Of a stretch of DNA of 64,000 nucleotides, positions 9,066 through 18,556 are shown piece after piece (position 1 is the stretch's first letter; each line of letters starts with the position of its first letter). The position numbers were made by a program, and so were the translations under genes. Below the pieces are notes generated by a model. The model did not search any database. It saw nothing but the letters and a program-made list of their open reading frames with translations, and was not told where the DNA came from. The DNA is from Candidatus Magasanikiibacteriota bacterium (GTDB taxonomy: Bacteria > Patescibacteriota > Patescibacteriia > Magasanikbacterales > UBA922): the NCBI GenBank assembly GCA_041674805.1, contig JBAYVA010000001.1:125136-189135 (forward strand), read 5' to 3'.

Positions 9066-9674
9066 ATGAACGGAATGGAATCGTCTTTTTTGAAAGTTAT
9101 ACCAGAGGGAAAATTGGATGATGTGACTTTTGATGATTTAAAAGGTGTTTTGATGAAAGGTTGTGAAGATTTTTTTGAAAAATATTTTGCAGAAAAATTT
9201 TTTGGTAATAATAAAAAAACATCATCTCAATATTTAGATATTATTTCTGAACAAATTCACAATAGTGAAGAAAGTGTTCCAGAAGATTTGGACAAAAATT
9301 TTTATTTAGAAATAAAAAAAGTAATGAAAAAAGTTTTTTCTATTTTTAATATAGAAAATTTGCAAGAATTAGATAAAAATTTATTAGCTATTGAATCACA
9401 TATAAGTGAAACATTAAAAATTCAAGAATTTATTTTTACTTTGTTGTCGTATGTTGAAAAAGAATCAGAAGAAGTTAGAGAATTTGTGAGAGAACTGAGA
9501 GCTGAGATTGAAAGAGATGGTATTGGTGATATGGCAGGAATGTTAGAAGGTTTGGAGGACGTTTTTGGCTCTAAAGGTGAAAAAAAAGATGGAGAAGGTG
9601 AGGTAATAAAACTTTCAGAAAGAAGAAAACCAACTAATCCAGAAACAAATCCAAATGGTAATGGTAGAAAATAA
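9066..9674 (+). CDS. hypothetical acidic protein
   Basis: ORF in the dnaK-dnaJ interval; no recognisable motif. Confidence 0.4.
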   Translation: MNGMESSFLKVIPEGKLDDVTFDDLKGVLMKGCEDFFEKYFAEKFFGNNKKTSSQYLDIISEQIHNSEESVPEDLDKNFYLEIKKVMKKVFSIFNIENLQELDKNLLAIESHISETLKIQEFIFTLLSYVEKESEEVREFVRELRAEIERDGIGDMAGMLEGLEDVFGSKGEKKDGEGEVIKLSERRKPTNPETNPNGNGRK

Positions 9675-9694
9675 TTTATTTTTATAATAAAAAT

Positions 9695-9997
9695 ATGAAC
9701 AACCCACAACCACAAAACGAAAACAAAGGAATACAAATAAAAGTAACTGATGAAGTCTTGGCTGGTAAATATTCCAACATGGCGCAAATCTCTCACAATA
9801 GAGAAGAATTTGTGCTTGATTTCATGACAATACTGCCACCTGCTGGCACTCTAAATTCTCGTATTATCATGAGTCCAGGACATTACAAAAGAATGATCAA
9901 AGCTATGCAAGAAAATTTGCGTAGATATGAAGAAAGTTTTGGTGAAGTAAAAGAATCAAGTGAGCCTGAGACTATTCATGGGTTTCCTGTTAAGTAA
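9695..9997 (+). CDS. DUF3467-like protein
   Basis: The block YSNMAQISHNREEFVLDFMTILPP resembles the DUF3467 family. Confidence 0.45.
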   Translation: MNNPQPQNENKGIQIKVTDEVLAGKYSNMAQISHNREEFVLDFMTILPPAGTLNSRIIMSPGHYKRMIKAMQENLRRYEESFGEVKESSEPETIHGFPVK

Positions 9998-10005
9998 ATT
10001 TTAAT

Positions 10006-10611
10006 ATGAAGTCTACAACAGTGTTGTGTGCTTTTTGTGGAAAAAATCTTTCAAAAGAAGATCCTATAATTGTATTAAAAAAAAGTAAAAGAAATAATTA
10101 TTTAGCAAAATATAATTCTGTTTTAGAATTAAAAAAATATGTTTTCTTTCATAAAAATTGTTATTCTTCTAATTTAAAAGTAACAAAAAGAGTTAGTACA
10201 ACAAATGCTATAGACTCTGTTTCTGATTTTTTATTATTATTTATTTTTTTGGTAAGTTTAACTAGCCAGGCTATTTTCATAGCAATTTTACCTATGCAAG
10301 ATATGGTAATGAGAATTAGAGATTGGTTTACTTTAATATTATTTTTATTTTCAATAGGATTTATTTATTTTTTATTTTTTAGAGCTGTTTACATTTTATA
10401 TCTTGTTTACAAATATGATTTATTTATCAAAACTAAATTTTTGTGGGTAATATTTTCAAGTTTTATATTAGGAATGGTTTTGTATTTTGCAACAGTCGTA
10501 ATAAATATAAAATCTTTAGTATTAAATTCTGTTATAGGAAGTTTGGGGATTGCTTTTATTTGTTTAAGTATAGTTTGGGGTCATTTATCCTCATTTAAAA
10601 TAAAAGAATAA
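10006..10611 (+). CDS. membrane protein with N-terminal Cys-X2-Cys zinc-ribbon-like motif
   Basis: CAFCGKN...HKNC, then 4 predicted TM segments. Confidence 0.45.
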   Translation: MKSTTVLCAFCGKNLSKEDPIIVLKKSKRNNYLAKYNSVLELKKYVFFHKNCYSSNLKVTKRVSTTNAIDSVSDFLLLFIFLVSLTSQAIFIAILPMQDMVMRIRDWFTLILFLFSIGFIYFLFFRAVYILYLVYKYDLFIKTKFLWVIFSSFILGMVLYFATVVINIKSLVLNSVIGSLGIAFICLSIVWGHLSSFKIKE

Positions 10612-10623
10612 ATATAAAATATT

Positions 10624-11616
10624 ATGTCAATTGATAGTAAAGATATTTTAGAAACTGAAGCCGTCGCCGATTTTCAGTTTAAAAGAATACTTGAAAAAGG
10701 AGTTGTGATTGCCACCTCATCAAAATATAGAGAGGCAATTTTTAGAGATATTGGTTTTAAAGATTCTATTGGTATTCCAGTTGAACAGGTTGATGAAATG
10801 GGTATAAAAAAAGAGTATGAAGAAAAAAATCCTGTAGCTAACGAAGAAGATCCTTATAGAACTAAGATGGTAGAATCTGTAGCAAGAGGAAAAGTTGCTG
10901 AGTTAATGTCACAACTTAAGGAACATCCAGATTACAAAGATAAAGTATTAGTAGGATTAGATACAATGCCTATTTATTTTGGTTTTGATTTTGATGAAAA
11001 TGGTGGTATGTCTTACAGAGGTGACGCTATACCAAAACCTACACCACAAGAAAAATATAGTGAAAATTATGATCCAGAAAATGGTCATGTAGAATTAATG
11101 GCAGAAGAAATGATGGAAGATGAATTGACTTATTTAGTTGAGATGATAAGAAAAAAATTGGATGAAAAATATAAAGAAAAATTGAAATATAATGGAAATA
11201 CCATACATCGTTCAGTTGGAATTCAAGTAACAACAGGGTTAGCTATACATGTGCCAGGTGATTCTGAAGAAATTAGAACATTTTCTATTAGTAGTTTTCT
11301 TGAATTTATTAAATTAAAAGAAATAGCTAAGATTGAAGGTAGCGAAAAACGTAATATTGAAATAAAAAAATTAGTAAAGGAAATTGTTTCTCAATATGAT
11401 GATGAAAATTTAAAAAATAAAATAAGTGGTGGTATAAATTTTGGGGATGAAAGAATGAAAAAAATATTAGATGCAAAAGAAGTAAAATTGAATAATAGAG
11501 GAGATGTTGTGCATGATATGAATCTAGAAGTTGAATCAGGTATTTATCTTGGTGCACCTGAAAATGCTATAAAACAAGCTTTACAATATATTGCCAGACA
11601 AATGGTTACTAAATAA
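10624..11616 (+). CDS. Maf-like (nucleoside triphosphate pyrophosphatase) protein, divergent with insertions
   Basis: VVIATSSKYREAIFRDIGF, VLVGLDTMPIYF and SVGIQVTTGLAIHV align with Maf motifs (LILASGSPRR.ELL..LG; VLGADT; TGVAL). At 330 aa it is longer than canonical Maf (~190 aa). Confidence 0.4.
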   Translation: MSIDSKDILETEAVADFQFKRILEKGVVIATSSKYREAIFRDIGFKDSIGIPVEQVDEMGIKKEYEEKNPVANEEDPYRTKMVESVARGKVAELMSQLKEHPDYKDKVLVGLDTMPIYFGFDFDENGGMSYRGDAIPKPTPQEKYSENYDPENGHVELMAEEMMEDELTYLVEMIRKKLDEKYKEKLKYNGNTIHRSVGIQVTTGLAIHVPGDSEEIRTFSISSFLEFIKLKEIAKIEGSEKRNIEIKKLVKEIVSQYDDENLKNKISGGINFGDERMKKILDAKEVKLNNRGDVVHDMNLEVESGIYLGAPENAIKQALQYIARQMVTK

Positions 11617-11624
11617 AATAAACT

Positions 11625-12716
11625 ATGTCCAAAGACTATTACAAAATTCTTGGTGTTGATAAAAGCGCTAGCAAAGACGAAATCAAAAAATCTTTTCGTA
11701 AGCTAGCTCACGAACATCACCCGGATAAAAAAACTGGAAACGAAGAAAAATTCAAAGAAATAAATGAAGCTTTTCAAATCTTAGGTGATGACACCAAACG
11801 TGCACAATACGATCAATATGGTTCTGATTTTGAACAACAGGGCGGTTTTGGTGGTGGTATGAATTGGAACGACTTCATGAACTCTACTCGTGGTCAAGGT
11901 GGTGGTTTTGGTGGAGCAGGATTCAACGGGATTGATTTGGGTGATATCTTTGGTGACATCTTTGGTGGCGGTAGAAGTAGTAGAAGAGAAGCCAAAGGAC
12001 AAGATATTCAAGTCACAGTGGAACTCACTTTTCGTGAAGCTATTTTTGGTGTAGAAAAAGAAGTAAGATTGACCAAGAATAATCCTTGTAAAACTTGTGA
12101 AGGCTCAGGAGCCGAGCCAGGAGCTGGTACAGAGACTTGTAGTGACTGTCGTGGTCAAGGACAAGTAAAACGTGTCCAACAGACCATTTTGGGGGCTATG
12201 CAGACTGTCGCGACTTGTCCCAAGTGTCAGGGTGCTGGCAAAATACCAAAACAAGCTTGTAAACATTGTAATGGACGTGGTATGGAGCGTAGTGAATCGA
12301 AATATAACGTCAAGATTCCCGCTGGTATTGCCGACGGTGAGATGATCAGACTAACTGGTAAAGGTGAATCTGGTGGCATTGGCGCTCATCCAGGCGACCT
12401 TTATATTCGTGTTCATGCGAAAAAAGAAAATGGTTTTGAAAGACAAGATTTTGATATTTTTACCGAAATTACTATTTCTTATCCGCAAGCAGTACTTGGC
12501 GACAAAGTAGAAATAGATACTCTAGAGGGTAAGAAAAAATTAGTCATTCCCGAAGGCACCACTTCTGGACAAAAATTCAAATTAAAAGCACTTGGTGTAC
12601 CGAGATTGCAACGTAGTGGACGAGGGGATCAGTATGTGACAGTGATTATTGATGTGCCAAAAAAAGTTGATCGTAAGACAAAGAAACTTCTTGAAGATTT
12701 GAGGGAAATGTTATAG
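11625..12716 (+). CDS. dnaJ: molecular chaperone DnaJ
   Basis: J domain (DYYKILGVDKSASKDEIKKSFRKLAHEHHPD), G/F-rich region, four CxxCxGxG zinc-finger repeats. Confidence 0.93.
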   Translation: MSKDYYKILGVDKSASKDEIKKSFRKLAHEHHPDKKTGNEEKFKEINEAFQILGDDTKRAQYDQYGSDFEQQGGFGGGMNWNDFMNSTRGQGGGFGGAGFNGIDLGDIFGDIFGGGRSSRREAKGQDIQVTVELTFREAIFGVEKEVRLTKNNPCKTCEGSGAEPGAGTETCSDCRGQGQVKRVQQTILGAMQTVATCPKCQGAGKIPKQACKHCNGRGMERSESKYNVKIPAGIADGEMIRLTGKGESGGIGAHPGDLYIRVHAKKENGFERQDFDIFTEITISYPQAVLGDKVEIDTLEGKKKLVIPEGTTSGQKFKLKALGVPRLQRSGRGDQYVTVIIDVPKKVDRKTKKLLEDLREML

Positions 12717-12764
12717 AAGGCTTGAAATGCCTGAAAAGCTAAAAAGGCTTAAAAGGCTATTTTG
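12717..12764. repeat. phased A-tract GGCTTAAAAG-type repeat (family copy)
   Basis: GAAGGCTTGAAATGCCTGAAAAGCTAAAAAGGCTTAAAAGGCT. Confidence 0.6.
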
Positions 12765-12770
12765 AAAAAT

Positions 12771-12799
12771 AAAACTCCGTGATTAGCGGAGTTTTTTTA
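12771..12799. terminator. bidirectional terminator between dnaJ and the convergent thyA-like gene
   Basis: AAAACTCCG-tgattag-CGGAGTTTTTTT. Confidence 0.65.
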
Positions 12800-13385
12800 A
12801 TTTTTCAATATCATCTTTGTAAATATGTGCAGAAGTAATATTGGCGATTATTTTCATTTTTTGCAGACCTAGTTTTTCTTTTATTGGTTCAAATAATTTT
12901 GTTATTTCAATATAATCTGCATAAGATTTTTTGCCAATATCTTGGCTTTTGAAAGTAGCTGTGATTATAAGTATTTCATCTCTTACAATATATTGTAACA
13001 TCGCCAAACATGGCACGTGTGTTACATCTTCTTTTGGGATTAAAGTAGAAAAAATAGCATCCATAGAATTTTCTCTTTTTTCTAAATTAGCAAGAGAATT
13101 TTCTATTTGATTCAAACCATGATAATCAAAAAATCTTTGTCTATAAGTATAACCGAAGCCGACATTTTCGTCTGTTTCAAAATTTTTCTTCATGTATTCT
13201 AAAATATCTTTGTCGCCGTGCTTTTCAACTATTTCGTCATTAATATTTGGTTCATTGATTATAAGTTGTAAATTCAAAACTTCAAGCAACTCTGTCTCAC
13301 GATAATTTATTTCTTTTCCATTTTTCAAAATATATTTTACTGCTTCAAGCCAGACCTCACCAATTGTATTTTTTTCTATGATCAT
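12783..13385 (-). CDS. thyA: thymidylate synthase family protein (short, archaeal-type)
   Basis: FGYTYRQRF (compare YGxQWR), PCLAMLQYIVRD...ATFKSQDIG (compare PCHxxFQFYV...CQLYQRSxD), SAHIY (compare THLY). Confidence 0.55.
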   Translation of the reverse strand: MIIEKNTIGEVWLEAVKYILKNGKEINYRETELLEVLNLQLIINEPNINDEIVEKHGDKDILEYMKKNFETDENVGFGYTYRQRFFDYHGLNQIENSLANLEKRENSMDAIFSTLIPKEDVTHVPCLAMLQYIVRDEILIITATFKSQDIGKKSYADYIEITKLFEPIKEKLGLQKMKIIANITSAHIYKDDIEKLKKLR

Positions 13386-13395
13386 AATTTATTTG

Positions 13396-13800
13396 TTACA
13401 TGTTACGTGAATCAAGAACCTTATTCACTTCAGCATCTGCTTCTTTATTGCCAGCACGCAAAATATGTTTGATATTAACTTTTTTGAATTGTTGCATTTC
13501 ATTCCAAGCTTTGATAAATAATTTTTGAATGGTTGGCTCTTTTACTTTCCAATGTCTATTTAGTTGTTCGCAAACAAGCTTGCTGTCTACTATACAATCT
13601 ACTTCGTCGGCTCCTAGCTCTTTGGCTTTTTTGAGACCAGAAATAATAGCCATGTATTCGGCATAGTTATTAGTTTGCTTACCCAAATATTCACCATAAT
13701 TGGCGACATTTTGTCCTTCTTCATTTTTGATTACAATGCCTGTGGCAGATGGTCCCGGGTTGCCTCGTGAGCCACCGTCGGTATATAGGTATAATTTCAT
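13396..13800 (-). CDS. rnhA: ribonuclease HI
   Basis: LYTDGGSRGNPGP...NNYAEYMAIISGL...DSKLV...ILRAGNKEAD. Confidence 0.8.
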   Translation of the reverse strand: MKLYLYTDGGSRGNPGPSATGIVIKNEEGQNVANYGEYLGKQTNNYAEYMAIISGLKKAKELGADEVDCIVDSKLVCEQLNRHWKVKEPTIQKLFIKAWNEMQQFKKVNIKHILRAGNKEADAEVNKVLDSRNM

Positions 13801-13907
13801 AGTGTACTATAATCTCGAAGCGTAGCGAGAGATCTTTCTCAGCAAACGCTATTTTAATTAATTAATCGTTAATTGATTCTAAAAGACTTCAGAATCAATT
13901 AGCGTTT

Positions 13908-15746
13908 TTACTTTCCTAAAAATTTTTGTTTAAGAAACCTGCCTGCCGGTAGGCTGGGATCCCTCGTCGTATTCTCGACTCGGGATGATTTATGCAAATC
14001 AACTATCGTAAGTTGAAGCTCCCTATTCCCATTCCACTCATTCAAATCAATTTCAAACACTATATCTATTTTATCACCAATTCGCAAAATTTTACACCAA
14101 TTGATTTCACCTTCTTTATCACAAAGACTCCAGCCAATGGTTTTGCGGATTTTGTTGTCTTGTTTGACTGTCAATTTCAAATGTTTGGCGTCTTTGCCGA
14201 CTGTCGTCATGTCAAAGATTTCTACTTCGCGAGCCAGATATTTTGGTCGGTCGTTGTTCATACCAAAAGGTTTGAATTGTTCTAGCAAATCAAACAATTC
14301 CCAATCAACTTCTGTCAGTCTTAGTTCGGCATCTATTTTGATAGTTGAACGCATGTCTAGATCTTTGGTTTTTTCATTATACTTTTCTATCATGTGTGCT
14401 TTGAAATCTGCTAGTTGGTCTTTGTTTGCCAAAGTGAAACCACAGGCCATCGGATGTCCGCCATATTTGAGAAACAAATCAGCTTTTTCTTGGAAAGTCT
14501 CAATAATATTGAAGCCTTCAATACTTCGGCCTGAACCCATTATCTCTTTTTTATTTTCTGACATTACCAAAGTTGGTTTGTAATATTGTTGAACGATTCT
14601 GCCAGCAATAAGTCCGACTAAGCCACCTGGCCAATCTTTGCCCACGACAAAAAGTACGGGTTTGTCCTTTTGGTCTTTTTCGATTTGTTCAATTGCTTTT
14701 TTTAGTAATTCCTCGGTAATTTCTCTACGTTCTTTGTTGTTTTGATCCAGTTCAAAAGCAAGATCAATAGCGTCGGTAGCTCTATCAGTCATCATGAGAT
14801 TGTAGGCAACGTTGGCATGTTTTATTCTGCCAGCAGCATTTATTCGAGGAGCAATTTGGAAACCAATAGTGTAGGCATCAAGATTTTTTTTCATACTGCC
14901 ATCTTGTTCTATGATGCGAGCTTCCATCAAAAGTTTTTGCATGCCGATTCTTTTGGTTTTGTTCAAAACTAGTAATCCATATTTGGTTAGAGTTCTTGAT
15001 TCACCAATCAGTGGTACCATGTCAGCCACGCTAGAAACAGCTACCATATCTAGTAACCATTTTTCGTGAGCTTCATGTTTTTCGCCGTTTGCTAGTAGTT
15101 CATGTTTTTCTTTGTGTTTGATAAGCAAGGCTTGCATCAGTTTGAAAGCCACACCGCCACCAGACAGATTTTTGTCAGGATAAGTTTCTGTAGAAATCTT
15201 AGGATGAATTATAGCAAAAGCTTTTGGTAGTTGCGGAGGAATAGTATGATGATCGGTAATAATCACATCTACTTTTTGCTCATTGGCAAAATCAACTTCT
15301 TTGGTATTACTAATGCCACAATCACAAGTGATGATAAGTTTGGCCCCTTCATTTTTGAGTTCAGTGATAGCTCGTGTATTCAAGCCGTAGCCATCAGTTT
15401 CACGATGGGGGAGAAAAGCGTCAACATTATCATAACCCATGGCTTTGATAGTAGAAACAAGAATAACGGAAGCCGAGACACCATCAGCATCGTAATCACC
15501 ATAGACGATTATTTTTTCTTTTTTGTCTATCGCTTTCATGATTCTCTTGACTGTCTTTTTCATGTCATGAAACAAATAAGGATCATGAATATCTTGGCTG
15601 TAATCTGGATTCAAAAATTCGTCTATATCTTTTTGGGTACGCATGTTTCTGTGGTACAACAAAGAAGCTACGACTTTTGGTAGCTCAGGAAATTCTTCAA
15701 AAAAAGATTGAGGAGGGGATTCGAGTATTTTCCAGGTTTTTTGCAT
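13908..15746 (-). CDS. recJ: single-stranded-DNA-specific exonuclease RecJ
   Basis: DHH (YGDYDADGVSAS, ITCDCGI, DHH) and DHHA1 (GGGHPMACG) motifs plus a C-terminal OB region. The last ~25 codons read through palindromic motif copy C. Confidence 0.85.
   Translation of the reverse strand: MQKTWKILESPPQSFFEEFPELPKVVASLLYHRNMRTQKDIDEFLNPDYSQDIHDPYLFHDMKKTVKRIMKAIDKKEKIIVYGDYDADGVSASVILVSTIKAMGYDNVDAFLPHRETDGYGLNTRAITELKNEGAKLIITCDCGISNTKEVDFANEQKVDVIITDHHTIPPQLPKAFAIIHPKISTETYPDKNLSGGGVAFKLMQALLIKHKEKHELLANGEKHEAHEKWLLDMVAVSSVADMVPLIGESRTLTKYGLLVLNKTKRIGMQKLLMEARIIEQDGSMKKNLDAYTIGFQIAPRINAAGRIKHANVAYNLMMTDRATDAIDLAFELDQNNKERREITEELLKKAIEQIEKDQKDKPVLFVVGKDWPGGLVGLIAGRIVQQYYKPTLVMSENKKEIMGSGRSIEGFNIIETFQEKADLFLKYGGHPMACGFTLANKDQLADFKAHMIEKYNEKTKDLDMRSTIKIDAELRLTEVDWELFDLLEQFKPFGMNNDRPKYLAREVEIFDMTTVGKDAKHLKLTVKQDNKIRKTIGWSLCDKEGEINWCKILRIGDKIDIVFEIDLNEWNGNRELQLTIVDLHKSSRVENTTRDPSLPAGRFLKQKFLGK
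13956..13988. promoter_or_regulatory. palindromic GC-rich motif, copy C (inside the recJ 3' end)
   Basis: GGGATCCCTCGTCGTATTCTCGACTCGGGATGA. Confidence 0.4.
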
Positions 15747-15876
15747 AGTTCACACGTCATCTTGAGCTGAGAATACAGCGAAAGATCTTTCCTGAATTAA
15801 AACTTATTTATTTAATTGATTTTCTTAGACGAAAATTTTCGTTTTCAATGTATACCTATTCATCCACTTTCATCTT

Positions 15877-15932
15877 AAGAAAGATCCCTCATTCAATTTC
15901 TTCGTACCTCAGAAATTTCATTTCGGGATGAA
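15877..15932 (+). promoter_or_regulatory. palindromic motif, copy D (variant with a 32-nt inner insert)
   Basis: AAGAAAGATCCCTC-[32 nt]-TCGGGATGA, in the intergenic region between the NUDIX gene and recJ. Confidence 0.3.
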
Positions 15933-16040
15933 TTACTAAAAAGTACTAAACATCGGCATGATAGTAAAAAATATCATACTGATAACAGCAATGATTGAGA
16001 TTATTGTCCAAAGGACTTTCATTTTTTTTCCGTACATAGT

Positions 16041-16088
16041 AAAAGGCTTACAAAGCTTACGAGGCTGACAAGGCCTACAAGGCTTTTA
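16041..16088. repeat. A-tract repeat family copy (GGCTTACAAAG variant)
   Basis: AAAAGGCTTACAAAGCTTACGAGGCTGACAAGGCCTACAAGGCTTTTA. Confidence 0.5.
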
Positions 16089-16090
16089 AT

Positions 16091-16516
16091 TTATTTGTTA
16101 TTTAAATTTATTGCAATTTTTAAAGCATTACGTGCATCATCATGGCTTAATTTATTAATTGCGTCTTTAACAGGAAACCAATTACCATCTATGAATCCTT
16201 CAGAACTGTTTGGAACAATTGTTTGTTGTTTTTTTGTTAAGAAACAATGAACTCTGATTACCTTGAGAGCTTTTTCACCATCAAAATAAAATGAAAATTC
16301 TGTAACAAAGCCAAGGTGTTCATCATTTGAAATAATAACCTTAGTTTCTTCTTCGACTTCACGAATAGCAGTTTGAACTTCATTTTCACCTTTTTCAACA
16401 TGACCTTTTGGTAATACCCATTCGTTTTCATTATTTTGAAGCAAAAGAACATCCATTTCATCATGTGAATGTTTTTTATAAAAAACTATGCCCATTGCTG
16501 ATGTTTTTTTCTTCAT
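16091..16516 (-). CDS. NUDIX hydrolase
   Basis: Nudix box LPKGHVEKGENEVQTAIREVEEETKV. Confidence 0.75.
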   Translation of the reverse strand: MKKKTSAMGIVFYKKHSHDEMDVLLLQNNENEWVLPKGHVEKGENEVQTAIREVEEETKVIISNDEHLGFVTEFSFYFDGEKALKVIRVHCFLTKKQQTIVPNSSEGFIDGNWFPVKDAINKLSHDDARNALKIAINLNNK

Positions 16517-16567
16517 ATTAATTATTAAAATTCTTACATTCGTAAGTATTCGTAATTCGTATATAAT

Positions 16568-18358
16568 TTACCTCTTCAGTACAGCAAGATACGCTTCCGT
16601 CGGAATCGTCACTTTTCCTTTACCCATACTCATCATTTTCTTTTTACCTTTCTTTTGCTTTTCTAACAATTTTCTTTTACGAGTGACATCTCCACCATAT
16701 AGCTTAGCTGTAACATCTTTACGAAGAGCTGAGATTCTTTCGCCAGCAATTATTTTGCCACCGATAGTTGCTTGAATTTTGATAACGAATTGTTGTTTTG
16801 GCAAAGTGTCTTTGAGTGAATTGACTATTTTTTTACCGATTTTAAAAGCTTCATCATCCCAAACTAATGTTGATAATGCTTCGACTGGTTCGTCAGCAAT
16901 AAGAATATCTAGTTTAACAACTTTTGTTTTGCGGTAATCTTTGAATTCATAGTTGAGAGATGCATAACCACTGGTCACGGTTTTTAGTTTGTCATAAAAA
17001 TCAGTAATAAGAGAAGCTAGAGGCATTTCGTAGTGAAGCATAGCGCGCTGATCGCGACCAGTACTAAGATATTCAGTATTTGAATAAATTCCTTTGCGTT
17101 CAGCAACTAGACCCATGACGTTGCCGATGAAATCTTCAGGAGTGATAATATCGACATTCATCCAAGGTTCTTCGATATGTTCGATTTGTTGGACTTCTGG
17201 CAAATCTTGTGGACTTTTGACAATGATGTCATCTCCTTTTGTTTTGAAAACATGATAAGCTACACTTGGCACAGTCGCGATAATATTTATACCAAATTCG
17301 CGCCAGATACGTTCTTGAAAAATTTCTAAGTGAAGCATTCCCAAAAATCCACAACGGAAACCAAAGCCAAGTGCTTGAGAATGTTCTGGTTCGTAAAAAA
17401 GAGCTGAATCACTTAGTTTCAATTTATCCATGGCTTCACGCAAAGAATTGTAATCGTCACCTTCTTGAGGGAAGACACCTGCGAAGACCATTGGTTTGAC
17501 TTCTTTGTAACCTGGCAGTTGCTCTGGAGCTGGATTTTTTTCGAGAGTAACAGTATCACCGACGCGGACATTGCCAAGTTCTTTGAGGCCTGTCACCACA
17601 AAACCAATTTGGCCATTTTCCAAAAGTTGGTCAGAATTCATGTTTGGAGAATAGTGTCCAAGATCAAGAATTTCGGCGTGTTTTTCAGTACCCATGAAAA
17701 CTATTTTGTCACCTTTTTTTAGTTCACCTTCTTTGACACGGATTGACGCCACTACACCACGATAATCATCGTAAAAAGAATCAAAAATAAGAGCTCTCGT
17801 TTGAGTGATATTTTCTTGTGGTGGAGAAACACGTTTGATGACTTCTTGTAAAACATTTTCTACACCTTCACCAGTTTTGCCAGAACAAGCCAAAATTTCT
17901 TCTTTTTTGCAACCTAGTAAATGAATAATTTCTTCACTTACTTTTTCAACATCAGCATTTGGTAAATCAATTTTGTTGAGAACCGGAATAATTGTTAAGT
18001 TTTGTTCTATTGCTAAATATAAGTTTCCAATAGTTTGAGCTTGCACGCCTTGAGTCGCGTCAACTAGCAGAATTGCACCTTCGACAGCAGCGAGAGAGCG
18101 AGAAACTTCGTAAGTGAAGTCGACGTGGCCAGGAGTATCAATTAAGTTCAAGTTAAATTCTTTATATTTCATTCTGACTGGTTGTAATTTGATAGTAATA
18201 CCACGTTCTTGTTCAATATCCATTTGGTCAAGAAGTTGAGCATGCATTTTGCGTTTATCAACTGTATTGGTGATTTCCAAAAAACGGTCAGCCAAAGTGG
18301 ACTTACCGTGATCGATGTGAGCGATGATGCAGAAGTTGCGAGTGTTTTTTATTTCCAT
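16568..18358 (-). CDS. lepA: elongation factor 4 (LepA)
   Basis: 596 aa. G motifs AHIDHGKST and DTPGHVDF, plus the LepA-specific C-terminal domain. Confidence 0.95.
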   Translation of the reverse strand: MEIKNTRNFCIIAHIDHGKSTLADRFLEITNTVDKRKMHAQLLDQMDIEQERGITIKLQPVRMKYKEFNLNLIDTPGHVDFTYEVSRSLAAVEGAILLVDATQGVQAQTIGNLYLAIEQNLTIIPVLNKIDLPNADVEKVSEEIIHLLGCKKEEILACSGKTGEGVENVLQEVIKRVSPPQENITQTRALIFDSFYDDYRGVVASIRVKEGELKKGDKIVFMGTEKHAEILDLGHYSPNMNSDQLLENGQIGFVVTGLKELGNVRVGDTVTLEKNPAPEQLPGYKEVKPMVFAGVFPQEGDDYNSLREAMDKLKLSDSALFYEPEHSQALGFGFRCGFLGMLHLEIFQERIWREFGINIIATVPSVAYHVFKTKGDDIIVKSPQDLPEVQQIEHIEEPWMNVDIITPEDFIGNVMGLVAERKGIYSNTEYLSTGRDQRAMLHYEMPLASLITDFYDKLKTVTSGYASLNYEFKDYRKTKVVKLDILIADEPVEALSTLVWDDEAFKIGKKIVNSLKDTLPKQQFVIKIQATIGGKIIAGERISALRKDVTAKLYGGDVTRKRKLLEKQKKGKKKMMSMGKGKVTIPTEAYLAVLKR

Positions 18359-18500
18359 AGTTTGAAAATGCTCAAAAGGCCTTTAATGTTGTTGTTTATT
18401 TATATTTTTAATTTGGTAATTTTATTGCTCTATATTAGCAGTTTTTGGAGGGTTTGGCAATGTCTCGTTGGACAAACATTAAGTTTTGTCTGAAAGATTC

Positions 18501-18528
18501 AAAAAAACACGAAATTATCGTGTTTTTT
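18501..18528. terminator. bidirectional terminator
   Basis: AAAAACACG-aaattat-CGTGTTTTTT. Confidence 0.6.
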
Positions 18529-18556
18529 AAGTATTTAAATTTTGAAAAAGTGTTAA

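Noticed and set aside
13992-15683. Plus-strand ORFs (13992-14285, 14101-14583, 14742-14972, 15231-15683) antisense to recJ
   Set aside because: They are fully embedded in a gene with clear DHH/DHHA1 motifs and have no motifs of their own. The first is preceded by motif copy C only because that palindrome reads similarly on both strands.
16517-16567. Triple ATTCGTAA(G/T)T tandem repeat between the NUDIX gene and lepA
   Set aside because: Three short units in a 50-bp promoter/terminator spacer. Too small to interpret; probably part of the NUDIX promoter.
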